NCBI RefSeq assembly: GCF_006345805.1
Contig: NC_043000.1
Location: forward strand, 39,122,001-39,186,000
Reading direction: 5' to 3'
Length of the DNA: 64,000 bases
DNA from: Octopus sinensis
Lineage: Eukaryota
Shown: piece by piece, positions 27,291-40,088 of the stretch
Numbering within the stretch: position 1 is the stretch's first letter
Layout of the letters: every line of letters begins with the position of its first letter
Program-made: the position numbers and the translations under genes
The notes under the pieces: generated by a model
What the model saw: only the letters and a program-made list of their open reading frames with translations
Told to the model about the DNA's origin: nothing
The model's database searches: none

Positions 27291-28554
27291 AGTTTTTCTA
27301 ATTTTATCTTTTCAGTCTACGTTTGAGATATACATAACCTTGAAATGCTTTACTTTGACTTAAATTCTCCGGGAATAAATGAAAGAATAAGACATAACAC
27401 TTAACTCTAACTAGAATTGAGCCCTCGTTTTGTGCTTTACGTTGATGACTAAATATGATAACGAGCGAAGAAATTCTTTGTATAGACAATACAATAGATG
27501 ACAGGTAATGATGACAACATAATTAGAAATCATGTATTTATGTGCATAAATTTGATTACAAATAAAGAATCCCTAAGTCTGCCAGAAAAAAACAGTTAAT
27601 TTTCCCCTCAATTAATTTCCCCCTAGTTACTGTCTTAAAATGGGCGAGCATGCTAGTTAAGAGTAAAGAAAAAAGAAACAGTATTGGTTATTACTAAAAC
27701 TTCTTTGATGAAAGATCTGTTCGATCAGTCTCCGGGTGATTAACGACAAAAGTGATTTATTAGCTGCTTTAATTTATAATTATTGATTTCTAACTTCTGT
27801 GCAGGTTATATAAATTTGTTGGATGAAGGAGTGTTCATTCAACTGACCCTTTTACGGTTTTGGGTTTATCAATAATGGCTACTGGAATGATAAGATTTAG
27901 AGTCGACTGCGATCGACTTCTGCGGGGTTTGTGTTTAGAGTGAAACAGAACAGCTGATGCAAATCACTTGGAATATAATGAATTTGGTTTATCACTTTTA
28001 TCAGTCACTGTCTCCTTACTCATTTAGTATTCATCACTCGTAACATATAAAGAGGAGGAAGTATCGGAAGGGAGTCTGAGAAAATATCTCAAGATATTTA
28101 CGACCAGCTCTTTAAGTTCTTACATCGAATACTGTCGCAACCAACGTTGACTTTCAGCATTTAAAGATCGATAAAATAACTAACTGCCGATTTTATCAAC
28201 AACGACGCCCTCACACCAACAAAAAAATTGGGACCATTTTATCTAGAGTTAGCGACAAGAATTTACAAAATATGCAAAGTAGCCTAATTTTCCGTGGATT
28301 ATTTTTTGCATTGATAAGCATTTAGCCATTCATACTATTCTGTAAAATATAATGCTTATTCATTCACATTGTATTGAATTAATTATGCATTATCTTGTAG
28401 CTTTTAGATTTAAACGATGTGATTGTTTATTTTTCGTATGGCATTGTAAGATAGGTGCGCGTGGCCTAATCTGGTCGGTTTCAACATAAAACAGCTAGAG
28501 TATTTAGGCCATATATGGCCGGTTTAAATGCTCAAGGGTTAATATGTAAGTAAA

Positions 28555-28740
28555 GGCAGCGAGCTGATAGAAACATTGGTATGACGAATAAAATGCTTAG
28601 TGGCATTTCTTCCGGCTCTTTATGTTCTGAGTTAAAATCCAGCCGAGGTCGACTTTGCTTTTTATCCTTTGGGGTCGATAAAATAAAGTACCAATTAAGT
28701 ACCGGAATGGGCGTACTCGACTTACCACCTCTTTTCACAA
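28555..28740 (+). mobile_element. SINE family A (diverged)
   Basis: GGCAGCGAGCTGATAGAAAC...GTTCTGAGTTAAAATCC...GAGGTCGACTTTGC. Confidence 0.75.
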
Positions 28741-29758
28741 TTGGTTATCTTCAACTCTGAAACGGACCGGCATTCTGTTCAAGGGGAAAGTTGTGATCTC
28801 GGTCATTTATGCACCAAGGAGACAAGTAAACGGACGTAGGAGTCCTAGGGATCGATAAAAAGGCTCTGGAAGAAGGGGAATTGCCCATTGATTTTACACA
28901 CCCTCAACATATCATACTTCTAAATAGTTGATAGATGTAGGAATAATATGAAGGAAAAGAAATTTGCAGTAGCTTTATGTCTTGAGAAGGAAAGGTAGAG
29001 AATAGGGGTGATTATAAAGTGTAGGGGAGTGTGGACATAGAATGGATAAGGAGAAAATGAGAGACGTGTAGATCTACAGTGTTGAAATAGAAGTGGCTAA
29101 CCATTACAGAGGTCCATAAACCGTAGTAGTAACCGTAGATGGAGATGGTAGTGTGATTGGTTGCCGTGTGTTGGTAAACGATTAGATATCAATCTGTCGA
29201 GCAGCGTTTCTTTGGAAGCGGTTCAAGTTTTATGTATGCACATTCACTGGATCGTCATAACACAAGACGAAGGAGCAGGGCTCTTTTCAGTATCATACTT
29301 GAAAATTACAATGGGAGGCTAGTCGGTTATAACAGCTCATTTATTTTATCGATCTCTGAAAGATGCAAGGCAAACACAGAAACAATAAGGTTTGATTTCA
29401 GAAATATAACGGGAAGCACCAAACACGTCAAAGTTTTCTCCATCTCTACCATTTGTTCTATTACAACAGAATTCTTGGGCAAAGTCAATTCGTAGTTTTT
29501 ACTAGAGAACCATAATAAGAACTGGTGGTGCAGACATGAAATAGAAAAGTCAAAAAACTATGAGAGGAAAATGTAATTTTATTACAAAATTTAATACAAA
29601 GTTGAAGAGAATGATTACTGAAAGAGAAACCAACAGAAATAGTAACAGATATTTAGAATATGACTATAAAATTCATCATTTCTTTGTGCATTGAATATAA
29701 TATTACTTTGACTGTCTATATTAACTAATGGTTCAAATAATATTATAAATATAAAGAG

Positions 29759-29807
<49 letters not shown>

Positions 29808-30539
29808 GTATATACATATATACATGCATATACATATATATACATACATGCATTCATATACATATATATGTATGTAGATTATGTATATATACATATATAG
29901 TTTATTCACATTGAATATTTTTTCACACGACTGAAGTTCTAGACAACTATTTCTTCAAGCAAAAACTGTTTCTCTTTTCGCTTATCTGGTTGGTTCTTAT
30001 ATCGAGTTTTAGATAAAGTCGATAATCTTGTATCTATGCCATGTTTTCATTGGTTTGCGACGAATGTGTTTTATTCAAGTCGCTGTATATGGCTGTTGTT
30101 CCATTTGATATCGTTTCGTGTACTCTATAACAGTTGCAACAAAACGTGCCAGAGCGTAGCAATACAACATACTGTTACGCAATGTATAACTTAAACAAGT
30201 AACAAATATACAAACTATTAGCGGTTTCAGATATAAAATAACAAATATCGAAACCGGCTAACGAAGACACTACAGCCAGCGAATCGGTAAATGAAACGAC
30301 GACGGCCATAGATAGCATCTTATAATAAAACAACATTAACAAACGGCCAATGGAAACGAATGACACAGACAAAGGAATGAACCATATGCGAAATATGTGG
30401 GGTAAAAATACTGGAAGAAGACAATTGTCGCATGAAGATCAGAATGGTGTGAAAATACAGTCGCGAGAAAAATAAACGAAGTAAATACTCCAGACCATAT
30501 GTTTTGTACTACGCTCCTTTCATTGGCGAACTATAACAC

Positions 30540-30657
<118 letters not shown>

Positions 30658-30679
30658 TATTCATACACATATACATGGG

Positions 30680-30852
30680 CCGTATTTGATGGTATAAAAG
30701 ACGCACTGGCGTATTAGACGCACCCCAATTTTAGCAACGTATATTCAGAGGAAAAGTGTTTGAAGGATTCATGTATTGTAGACTCCAGGGTGATGTTTTT
30801 TAAAGTACTATTGTTTGAAATAAAAGTGCGTCTTATATGTCACCAAATACAA
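30680..30852. mobile_element. Tigger/pogo-like MITE
   Basis: TIRs CCGTATTT...TATAAAAGACGCAC / GTGCGTCTTATA...AAATAC. Confidence 0.7.
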
Positions 30853-30888
30853 TATACCTGTATGCATGTATATATGTATGTATGTATG

Positions 30889-30961
<73 letters not shown>

Positions 30962-30966
<5 letters not shown>

Positions 30967-31285
30967 ATATGTGACAATTATTCGGTAGCCTTAATAAAAT
31001 TCCGAGTTTAGGATGTCGGTGTGGAAATCCACGCCGCCATCTCTTCAGTTATGCGGCCATCGGAAAAAATGCTATGAAATTATCATAGCATTTTACATAG
31101 CATTGTTTCCGATGGCCGGATAACTGAAGAGAGGGCGGCGTGCATTTCCACCCCAACATCCGAAACTCGGAGTTTTATCTTGGCTACCGAATAATTGTCA
31201 CATATTACATTTACAGATAAATTCCTCTATTTAACATAATATCGAGGTCTCTTTCATTATTTTGTTGTCTTAACATTTCTATCAA
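30962..31285. mobile_element. HHR foldback element, family G
   Basis: Arms 30962-31076 and 31096-31210, tail 31211-31285; flanked by TA. Confidence 0.9.
31119..31179 (+). ncRNA. Type I hammerhead motif
   Basis: GATAA-CTGAAGA-GAGG...CATC-C-GAAA-CTCGGAGT-T-TTATC; perfect 5-bp stem I, GUU site. Confidence 0.7.
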
Positions 31286-31297
31286 TATATATATATA

Positions 31298-31560
31298 TAT
31301 TCTGTTGTGTCTGGGGAGAGTCATTTTCTTTTTGTGCCTTATAGTGTAACACACTCACCGTTAAAATTTCCACTTATTTCTTATTTTTATTTTCCTAAAA
31401 TTTTCGTTGCGTCTTGCAACATTTTCAAAACTATTGAAGAGGTTGCAAGACGCAACGAAAATTTTAGAAAATTAAAAAAAGAAATAAGTGGAAATCTTAC
31501 CGGTGAGTCTGTGTGTTACATTATAAGGCACAAAAAAAATGACTCTCCCCAGACACAATA

Positions 31561-31563
<3 letters not shown>
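31298..31563. mobile_element. (TA)n-flanked foldback element, ~120-bp arms
   Basis: 31298-31420 is the reverse complement of 31442-31563; 21-nt spacer. Confidence 0.9.
31431..31467 (+). ncRNA. Degenerate hammerhead motif
   Basis: CTA-TTGAAGA-G-GTTGC-AAGAC-GCAAC-GAAA-ATT-T-TAG; C3 mutated, perfect stem II. Confidence 0.45.
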
Positions 31564-31599
<36 letters not shown>

Positions 31600-31608
31600 A
31601 ACACACAC

Positions 31609-31660
<52 letters not shown>

Positions 31661-32179
31661 TATATAATATACATACACACAGAGATATACATATGTCCGT
31701 GTCTATACTGTTGATTTGTTAATGTGTGTGTTTCTGTTCGAAATTGAAATTGCTTTTGCACATTCTATTTTTGCTAAAATGAATTCTGCATTAATACTTT
31801 TGGTTTTCTTGAATAAATATTCAGATACTATTTCTTCTCTGCTTAGGATGACTTTACCTTGTTCAATTTCATCGACATTTGATCGTGTATAAATTAATGC
31901 TTCACTATCCAGAATACCAGACTTCACTGTCTTTATATTTTTATCGTTATTGGATCTGTTTATATGATATAATAAAATAAAAACTCTAAGAATTCTTGAC
32001 TACACAAATTTAAAATCTATTTAAATCAATCTTTGTAATTTTCAAAATACTGAAACCCATCTTCAAGCTACAACATCCTTTAAGCAGCTTTCCATGTCAT
32101 AATTCCATGTTTAAACTCACATTCTATGAGGTTGTCTCTCCATTCAATACGTTTCTGTTTCTAAATTCAAACATAATAG

Positions 32180-32436
32180 CCGTGGTTCTCAACCGGGATC
32201 CCTATGGTCCTTGGGAATCCATATAAGATGATTTTGCTTAAATTGATGTGCAATGAATTGGTTATACTTTAAGAATATACAAAATATTTTAATGTTTTTT
32301 TTTAAATACAGTTCTTAATAATATTTAATTATAGAAATATAGTGGGACTTTTTAAACCTCGAATGGCTTCGAGAGTCCACCTAACTAAAATAGAAATTAA
32401 AGAAGTCCATAGGCAAAACATGGTTGAGAACTACTG
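32180..32436. mobile_element. hAT-type MITE
   Basis: TIRs CCGTGGTTCTCAACC / GGTTGAGAACTACTG; relative at 44705-44956. Confidence 0.78.
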
Positions 32437-32954
32437 CATTGTAGGAATATAACAATGGAGAAGTAAGCCTTGTCAAAACTTGGTTGATAATAACTTAATC
32501 TCATACTGAGAATTAGGATTAAGATAATCCGCACGAAATTTTGTTATGTTAATATAATTTTTAAAAAATCAACAGCCCTATACAGAATATAAACCATCAC
32601 ATATTTTGATATAAAATAAAAAGTATAACGCTTTTATTTTAAATTACGATGCAACTGCCAAAAAACACTTCAATCAAAAACATTCATCTATAAATGTAAA
32701 TACAAATTTTATATATTTGAATAGTCTTCATGAGATACATTTTCGCTCAGACATGTAGCTTTCCACTTGCATATACTCTGTTCATATAACATATACATTG
32801 TGAATATGCATGTGTGCATAACTCATATCATACGTGTTTTCAACAAAAGTGCTATACATACATTCATATATACATCGTTACATACATAGATATATATGTG
32901 TATCTGCATGTGAAAAAATATATATATATATATGTATGTATGTATGTATATATA

Positions 32955-32993
<39 letters not shown>

Positions 32994-33211
32994 TATATAT
33001 ATATATATATAATATATACACGACAAACTACTCGAAAACTTTGTTAAAGAGATTTGGAATATATTTGACTGGAGTCGAAAACTCTGATACCATGCATTGC
33101 TTCAAACCATAACAAGAAATAATTACGTGCCTATGTATATGCGCTCTTGTTTTGCTTTATAGAGATGTATGTGTGTGTGCGTGTGTGTGCGTGTGTATGT
33201 GTGTGTGCGTG

Positions 33212-33252
<41 letters not shown>

Positions 33253-33307
33253 GTGTGATTCCATTATTATGCATGTACAAGAGTGAATGTATGTATGTAT
33301 TGCATGC

Positions 33308-33453
33308 CTCTCTGTTTATTTCCTCGTGTTTCTTTCTGCCGAAGAGCGTAGCCCCGAAACGTAAAAGACTTTCCACCTTCCCGAGAGTTAAACTAATATA
33401 CCTGTTTGTTGTATATACATCTGCCTTCGTCTTTTGTTTTTCTGTAAATTTCA

Positions 33454-33459
<6 letters not shown>
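33308..33459 (+). mobile_element. HHR-bearing element, family F (truncated)
   Basis: TCTTT-CTGCCGA-AGAGCGTAGCCCC-GAAACGTA-AAAGA at 33331-33368; stem II damaged. Confidence 0.75.
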
Positions 33460-33498
<39 letters not shown>

Positions 33499-33520
33499 AT
33501 ATATGTATACACACACACAC

Positions 33521-33617
<97 letters not shown>

Positions 33618-33938
33618 GTATTTATATTCGGCAGCTTATCAGCTCTCCCTTTTGTGTGTAAGTGTGCACAAATTTTACTTATTTGTTTTCATTTATGTAT
33701 TTACTCATTGAACGACATAACCGTCAAACTATTTGAGAAATATGAATTATCCACGTGATATAGAAACTCATTCTTTATAATTCTTTCTAGAACTATCTAG
33801 GGAAATAATATTATCGTGGGTTATAAATTCACATTCCCACGATTTGTAACTTATTCGATAGGTGATAATGAACGAAACTCTCAGCCCGTCAGTCACTCTG
33901 TTTCTTCTGCTAAAAACTAGTATATGCATACATACATG

Positions 33939-33993
<55 letters not shown>

Positions 33994-34075
33994 TATATAT
34001 ATTACACGTGTGTGTGTATATACACACATGCATAAATACACACCTATATACAAATACCTCTACACATACAAATGC

Positions 34076-34115
<40 letters not shown>

Positions 34116-34456
34116 TCAATATGCACACATATAATCTTTTTGAAAAAAACCTTGTTTCTTAAACATGTATATATTGATATTGTTGTTACAGTTGCCCTCC
34201 TCGATTGGTTCAAATTATTACTAAATATCGTTTCAGCCATTCACCCTGTGAAACTTTAACAAGAGCAATAACATAAGGAACAACAACAAAAATAACGTCA
34301 ATGAAACATATCAATCAAACATCGATAAATTGTCAACTTTAATTGCCTCTTTCTGAAGAATTTCATTTACAGAAATAATTGCTTCTTCGTTTCTTAAATT
34401 CAGTCTACTTTTTCATATTTGACAATTTTCCAAGTCCGTATTCTCCAAGAACTTCG

Positions 34457-34690
34457 TCACCGACAGCCACAAGCAGAAACACTCATACCTTCATATTTAT
34501 ATTTGAATGTGAAACTCTGAGTGCTTGCATCTTTGTATAGTAACGATATCGGTTCTAGTTTTATTGGTACACAACACGGCCTGGTGACTTTTTTGTTCTG
34601 AATGTGAAGATTAGCTCTTATCATAGCATGTTTTGTTGGTTGTAGGTGCTGAGCCAAGGGATAGTAACATTTACCAATGCATTCGTTTGC
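34457..34690 (-). CDS. BMP10: BMP9/10-family ligand, last coding exon (mature domain C-terminal part)
   Basis: Acceptor TATTTTCCAG| then ANECIGKCYYPLAQHLQPTKHAMIRANLHIQNKKVTRPCCVPIKLEPISLLYKDASTQSFTFKYKYEGMSVSACGCR*; BMP9/10 hallmarks PTKHA, KLEPIS.LY, KYEGM.V..CGCR; 234 nt, phase 0. Confidence 0.96.
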   Translation of the reverse strand, partial: ANECIGKCYYPLAQHLQPTKHAMIRANLHIQNKKVTRPCCVPIKLEPISLLYKDASTQSFTFKYKYEGMSVSACGCR

Positions 34691-34759
34691 CTGGAAAATA
34701 CATTTAAAAAGTAATAACTTTATAATTACATATACGATTAAAATTAATTAATGATTTCA

Positions 34760-35505
34760 AATTTTGGCACAAGGCCAGCAATTTCAAGGAAGCGGGTAAT
34801 TCGATTACATCTACCCCAGTATTCAACTAATACTTATTTCATCGACCCCAAAAGGATGAAAGGCAAAGTCAGCCTCAGCAGAATTTGAACTCAAAACGTA
34901 AATACGGACGAAACGCTACTAAGCATTTTGTCCGGTGTGTCAACCATTCTGCCAGCTCGTTGCACTTGCAAGTCTATAAATATTCGTTGACATCAGGCCA
35001 GTAATTTCGTGAGAGGGGGTAATTCGATTACATCGACCCGAGTGAATAGCTGGTACTTATTTTATTGACCCCGAAATGATAAAAGGTGAAGTCAGTAGAA
35101 TTTGAACTCAGAGCGTAATGAAGGGCGAAATAACTCTAGGTTTTCTGACTGGCATGCTAATGATTCTGCCAGCTCGTCGCCATTACAAGTTTATGAATAT
35201 TAGAAATATCTTGTACAATCGTCCCTATTTTTTCTTTTTTATCGACGTATCCCCTTCCCCGAAATTTCTGGCCTTGTGCCAAATTTGAAACCAATATTTA
35301 TAGACTTGTAAAAGCGGTGAGCTGGCAGAATCGTTTCTATGCTGGGTAAAATGCTTAGCAGCAGTTAATCCGTCTTTACGTTCTGAGTTCAAATTTCACC
35401 CGTTATCCTTTCAGGGTCGATAAAATGAACCCGGGCAGTCGATGTATTCGACTTACTCCCTCTCACAAAATTACTGACTTTGTGCTTACATTTGAAACTA
35501 ATACT
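34760..35505. mobile_element. Cluster of SINE family A copies inside the BMP10-like intron
   Basis: Repeated TTCTGCCAGCTCG / GGCGAGCTGGCAGAA heads in both orientations. Confidence 0.8.
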
Positions 35506-36079
35506 TGAAGTCTTGTCTATATACATTTGCGAACATGATTTCTGCAGTAGTAAACTGCGATCTCACGGAGAATGCGCTTGAATCCATTAGGTTAATGAGC
35601 ATACAGAGTAAAGATATGATTAGAAGCACTGTACAATCTTAGACTTTCTGTCAAGACAAGATGCCAAAGTCAGTGAGCATTCTAACTGTGTTTCTAATCG
35701 AAATAATACATTTATCTTCGTTTATCAAGTATGTGTGATGAAAAACAAATAAAACACCGCGTTGAATGAATCTGGGGTAAATAATTAGTGTTCTGCAAAT
35801 CTTTTAAAATAGGCATCTTGTTGATGCGTGTTTGTATGTTACGAAATATGCAACCTCGAAGCAAGAGCGACAATCAGTGCTTTTTGAGTAACTGAGCGTC
35901 CTGCATGGTCGCTGAGGCGCACCATTGTTGTTCAAGCAGAGTCTTACTGCTCGCAGACCCGCCTTATCACAGATAAATCCGTGATAAGCGTAACATGGTT
36001 CCCAATTTAGCGTATCGTGTTATCTGGGATCAGTGATGAATGAGAAAAGATGTACGTTTGTAATGAAAAGATTACTTAC

Positions 36080-36984
36080 ATCATATTTTTTCGGTGCTAT
36101 AACCCAATCATGGCCATCGATGTTGCGAAAGTCTACGACAAGTTTAGACTTTTTACAAATATTACGCCGAGCTGATTTCTTGCTTCGCTTCACCCTCGTC
36201 TTTTCTGGTTCTACGTAATTCTTATCGGATCGTATACTTCGTCTCACTTTGGCATACGACGTAACTTCCGGTGTCGTGATATCATTTTCATTGACTCCAT
36301 CGTCATATTCATCGTCATACTCATCAACATAATCGTCTCCCACCTCCTCCTCCTCCTCTTCCTCCTCCTCCTCTTCCTCTTCCTCTTCATCGTCGTACTC
36401 ATAGTTTGTGCTTCCTGACTGAGATTTTCTAGAAAGACTCGTTGAAGTGTTATTATCAGTGCCCTCGTTTTTTCTGACAAGCATTTCGTGGTGAAGAAAC
36501 TCGTCTCTCTCTTGTTTATGAACGAGACGCTTATTAATCTGCTTGGAAAAAACTACCAACAAAGGTTCTTTCTTATTACGAGGTGTGGTGCTTATATCCA
36601 TGTCGTCCCCCCACGTGTTATTGAATATACTCTCAATAGTCACTTGCAATATTTGAACGTAACCTTTTCCTATTTCCTCAATCCAACGTTTGACTGCCGG
36701 TGTAACATCAAAAGATTCCCAGCCACTATTTCTTCCATAGATATGCTTTTGAGACACAAGTTTTAAATGTGGAGAATCATCTTTTATGATTTCTTCGTAG
36801 AGAGATACAATACGGTTTTCACCCACATATCTGTTACGGTCTCTTTCTACGAGTTTGTATAAGCGTAGTTGGGCAAGGTTTATTTGCTCACCTTTAGGGA
36901 AATTACTAATGTTGAAGACTAAAGTATGGTTCCGAGTGACAGCTCCGGGTAATTCCGTTTTGGCTGTAGTATTGAACAATATAT
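36080..36984 (-). CDS. BMP10: BMP9/10-family ligand, internal exon (prodomain + start of mature domain)
   Basis: Acceptor TTTCAG| (phase 1), donor GAT|GTAAGT. Motifs LVFN, AQLRLYKLVERDR, WESFDVTPAVKRW, PLLVVFS, RVKR and C-x7-DF...W.IAP align by eye to vertebrate BMP10; joins in frame to the last exon (KKYD|ANEC) giving 7 canonical Cys. Confidence 0.95.
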
Positions 36985-37667
36985 CTGAAATGAATTAAAA
37001 ATGAAACGAAATCAATAACACTAGTACAAAATATTGAAACACACACACACACAAAATATTACCACACACATATGTTATATGTGTGTGGTGTATCTGCACA
37101 TATATATATATACATAAACGCCATCTGTGTTCTCTTTATATGTGTGTGTATGCGTGTGTGTGTATGTGTGTGTGTGTGTGCGCGCGCCTGAATGCTTATG
37201 TATGCATATATATGAATTATTTTATTGAAAGGCGTTTAGAGCTTTTCTTGCGATGTTGCCCATTTTCGCTGAAGGCTGGGGACTGACTCTCCTCCAGTTG
37301 ACTGGTCGTATTCGATGCATGCCTAGATGTAATGATTATTGCACATTATCTTGTCATTTATCTTCGACTTGTTCTTGTCATGGAATTATGGCCAGGCTAG
37401 GGCTGCCTTCAATGGTTTAGATAAAAGAAATCGACACTACTATTTTTTGTTGTTAAAACGGAAACATATTCTATCGGTTTTTTGTCGAACCGTTAAGTTA
37501 TGGAGACGTCAACAAAGCAGCAACGGATGTCAAGTGGAGGCTTGGAGGAACACAAACATATACATACATACATACATACATACGTACGTACATACATACA
37601 TACATACATACATACATACATACATACATACATACATACATACATACATACATACATACATACATAC

Positions 37668-38122
37668 GGTGGAATGTCCCAGCGAAGACCTCAATAAAAT
37701 GTAAGCACAACAGACCCTATATAATGATTTGGGATAGAGAAGAGAAACTGTGCACAGTTGTGGAAATTAGCTGCCCAGCGGATGTTAACTTGAAGCTGAA
37801 GCTCAGTGAAAAATAGAATACCTATACAGAACTATTGAGAAATCTGCAGGTACTCTATCCAGATTACAAGTTCACGTTTATACGTGTAATTATTGGGGCC
37901 TTTGGATGTGTAACACATTGCCTAAATACCAATCTTGAGAAATGTGGCTTCTCAAAACCAGAAAGGATAAAGCTAATTCGAAGACTACAGATCCAACCCA
38001 TCACCAGAACAATAAAAATCTGTAAAACTTTGCAGAAGTTTATCATTTACATACAAGAGCATGTCTAGATATGCCACTATATGTATGTGAATACATACAT
38101 AAAACAAAACATACAAATCTGC
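37668..38122 (+). mobile_element. 5'-truncated RLE-type LINE (R4/Dong-like)
   Basis: WNVPAKTSIKCKHNRPYIMIWDREEKLCTVVEISCPADVN...EK*NTY...FIRVIIGAFG; (CATA)n on both sides. Confidence 0.85.
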
Positions 38123-38140
38123 TCATATACATACACAAAT

Positions 38141-38244
38141 ACCCTGTTGTTGATGTTGAAATTCCAATGAAAGAGGCTTGAATCTAGAATAGAAATCAGA
38201 TCTTACTCTACTGGCAAGAAATCTTGAAATAAACTGAACAATGA
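38141..38244 (+). mobile_element. ~104-bp unclassified repeat in (CATA)n
   Basis: Second copy at 38848-38951 with the same ends. Confidence 0.6.
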
Positions 38245-38333
38245 CATACATAAATGCATGCATAAATACATATATACAAATACATACACACATACATACA
38301 TGCATACATACAAAGAAACATACATACATACAT

Positions 38334-38600
38334 CTCTTTCCAGATTACAAGTTCAGGTTTATACCTGTACTTATTGGGGCCCTGAGATATGTAACACACT
38401 ACCTAAATACCAATCTTGAGAAATTAGGCTTCTCAAAATCAGAAAGGAGAAAGCTAATTTGATGACTTCAGATCCAATCCACCACTGGAACTGTAAAAAT
38501 CTGTAAAACCCTCCAGAAGTTTATCATTTAAATATAAATGAGCATGTTTAGATATGCAACTATATCCATCAGAATACATACATAAAACATACAAATCTGC
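38334..38600 (+). mobile_element. 5'-truncated RLE-type LINE
   Basis: Same 3' end (..CATACAAATCTGC then CATA repeat) as 37668-38122. Confidence 0.82.
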
Positions 38601-38847
38601 GCATACATATATACATACATACATACATACATACTTATATACATACATACATACATGCATGCATACATACATACATACATACATACATACATACATACAT
38701 ACATACATACATACATGCATGCATGCATACATACAACATACATACATACATGCATACATACATACATACATACATACATACATACATACATACATACATA
38801 CATACATACATACATACATACATGCATACATACATGCATACTTACAT

Positions 38848-38951
38848 ACCCTGTTGTTGATGTTGAAATTCCAAAGAAGGAGACTTGGATCTTGGTTAGA
38901 AACCGACTCTTTTTCTATTGGCAAGAAATCTTGAAATAAATTGAACAACGA
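38848..38951 (+). mobile_element. ~104-bp unclassified repeat in (CATA)n
   Basis: Homologous to 38141-38244. Confidence 0.6.
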
Positions 38952-40088
38952 CATACATACATACATACATACATACATACATACATACATACATACATAC
39001 ATACATACATACATACATACATACATGCATGCATACATACATACATACACATACATACATACATACATACATACATACATGCATGCATACATACATACAT
39101 ACATATACATACATACATACATACATACATACATACATACATACATACATACATACATACATACGTGCAAGCATACATATGTACACGCACTCACAAAGCT
39201 TTTGTAAATAATCCACAGGAATGGTTTACGTCTTTCGAACAAGTAATGCCTCATGTCGAATGATGAGCTGCGTTTCTTCTATGTTTAAGTAATTTTGAAG
39301 CGGATTAGTTACATCCCTATTCTCTACAATTCTGAGGAAATGAGTAATATCAAAATGAAGGGTTAATAGACACCTAGCGCCCTTCATCGCCTAAAATAGA
39401 ATGACGCTGTTATATTACCTGGCGCAAAAAATGAATGGCTAGATAGGGTGTGAGAGGAAACAATTCGGTTGTTGTATTTAGCAGGCTGGGTGGCCTCATA
39501 ATGGCTTCTTCGTTGGATTGCAATATATCCTTTTTAATTATTAATGATAATTGATTGTTATAATTCTGTATGAAAGGAAAGTCAGAGTTTATTGTCATGT
39601 AGGAAGGGAAGTTAATTCTTATATCGGAATATATCGTAGCTTTCATATATGAATATTTATAATTAATTAGCGTTATCGAAAATTACTTAATATACATCAC
39701 TTTAAATTGATTTGCTGTTAACATGACAAAAACAAAACTTATTTAGAGTCAATCTATTTTAAGAAATTGAAGCAAATTGCAAACACTGAAACATAAACGA
39801 GCTCCATTGAAATCGGTCATGCAATGCTGAAGCTATTATCTATGAAGCAGAGGTCTTTCCACAATACAAAACATTTTGTGTAAACAAACCGATATGTGGT
39901 AAAATAAACCAAAGAAAGTGATTTTATTCATGACTTTTTCTTTATGAACATAAACACAATGAATGTAACTAAAATAGGTAATTATGTCCCGACACTGAAT
40001 GAATGTGACAATATATTTTACGTAAAAAAAATCGTAGAAAGATGCCACCTATCAATAAATCAGTAATTAAAACTTATAACTATGGATA

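Larger units (their letters stand above)
37558..39165. repeat. Large interrupted (CATA)n microsatellite field
   Basis: Directly visible; hosts four retroelement fragments. Confidence 0.95.

Noticed and set aside
28319-28541. piggyBac-like MITE
   Set aside because: Only the right end (AATGCTCAAGGGTTAA) is recognisable; no matching left TIR.
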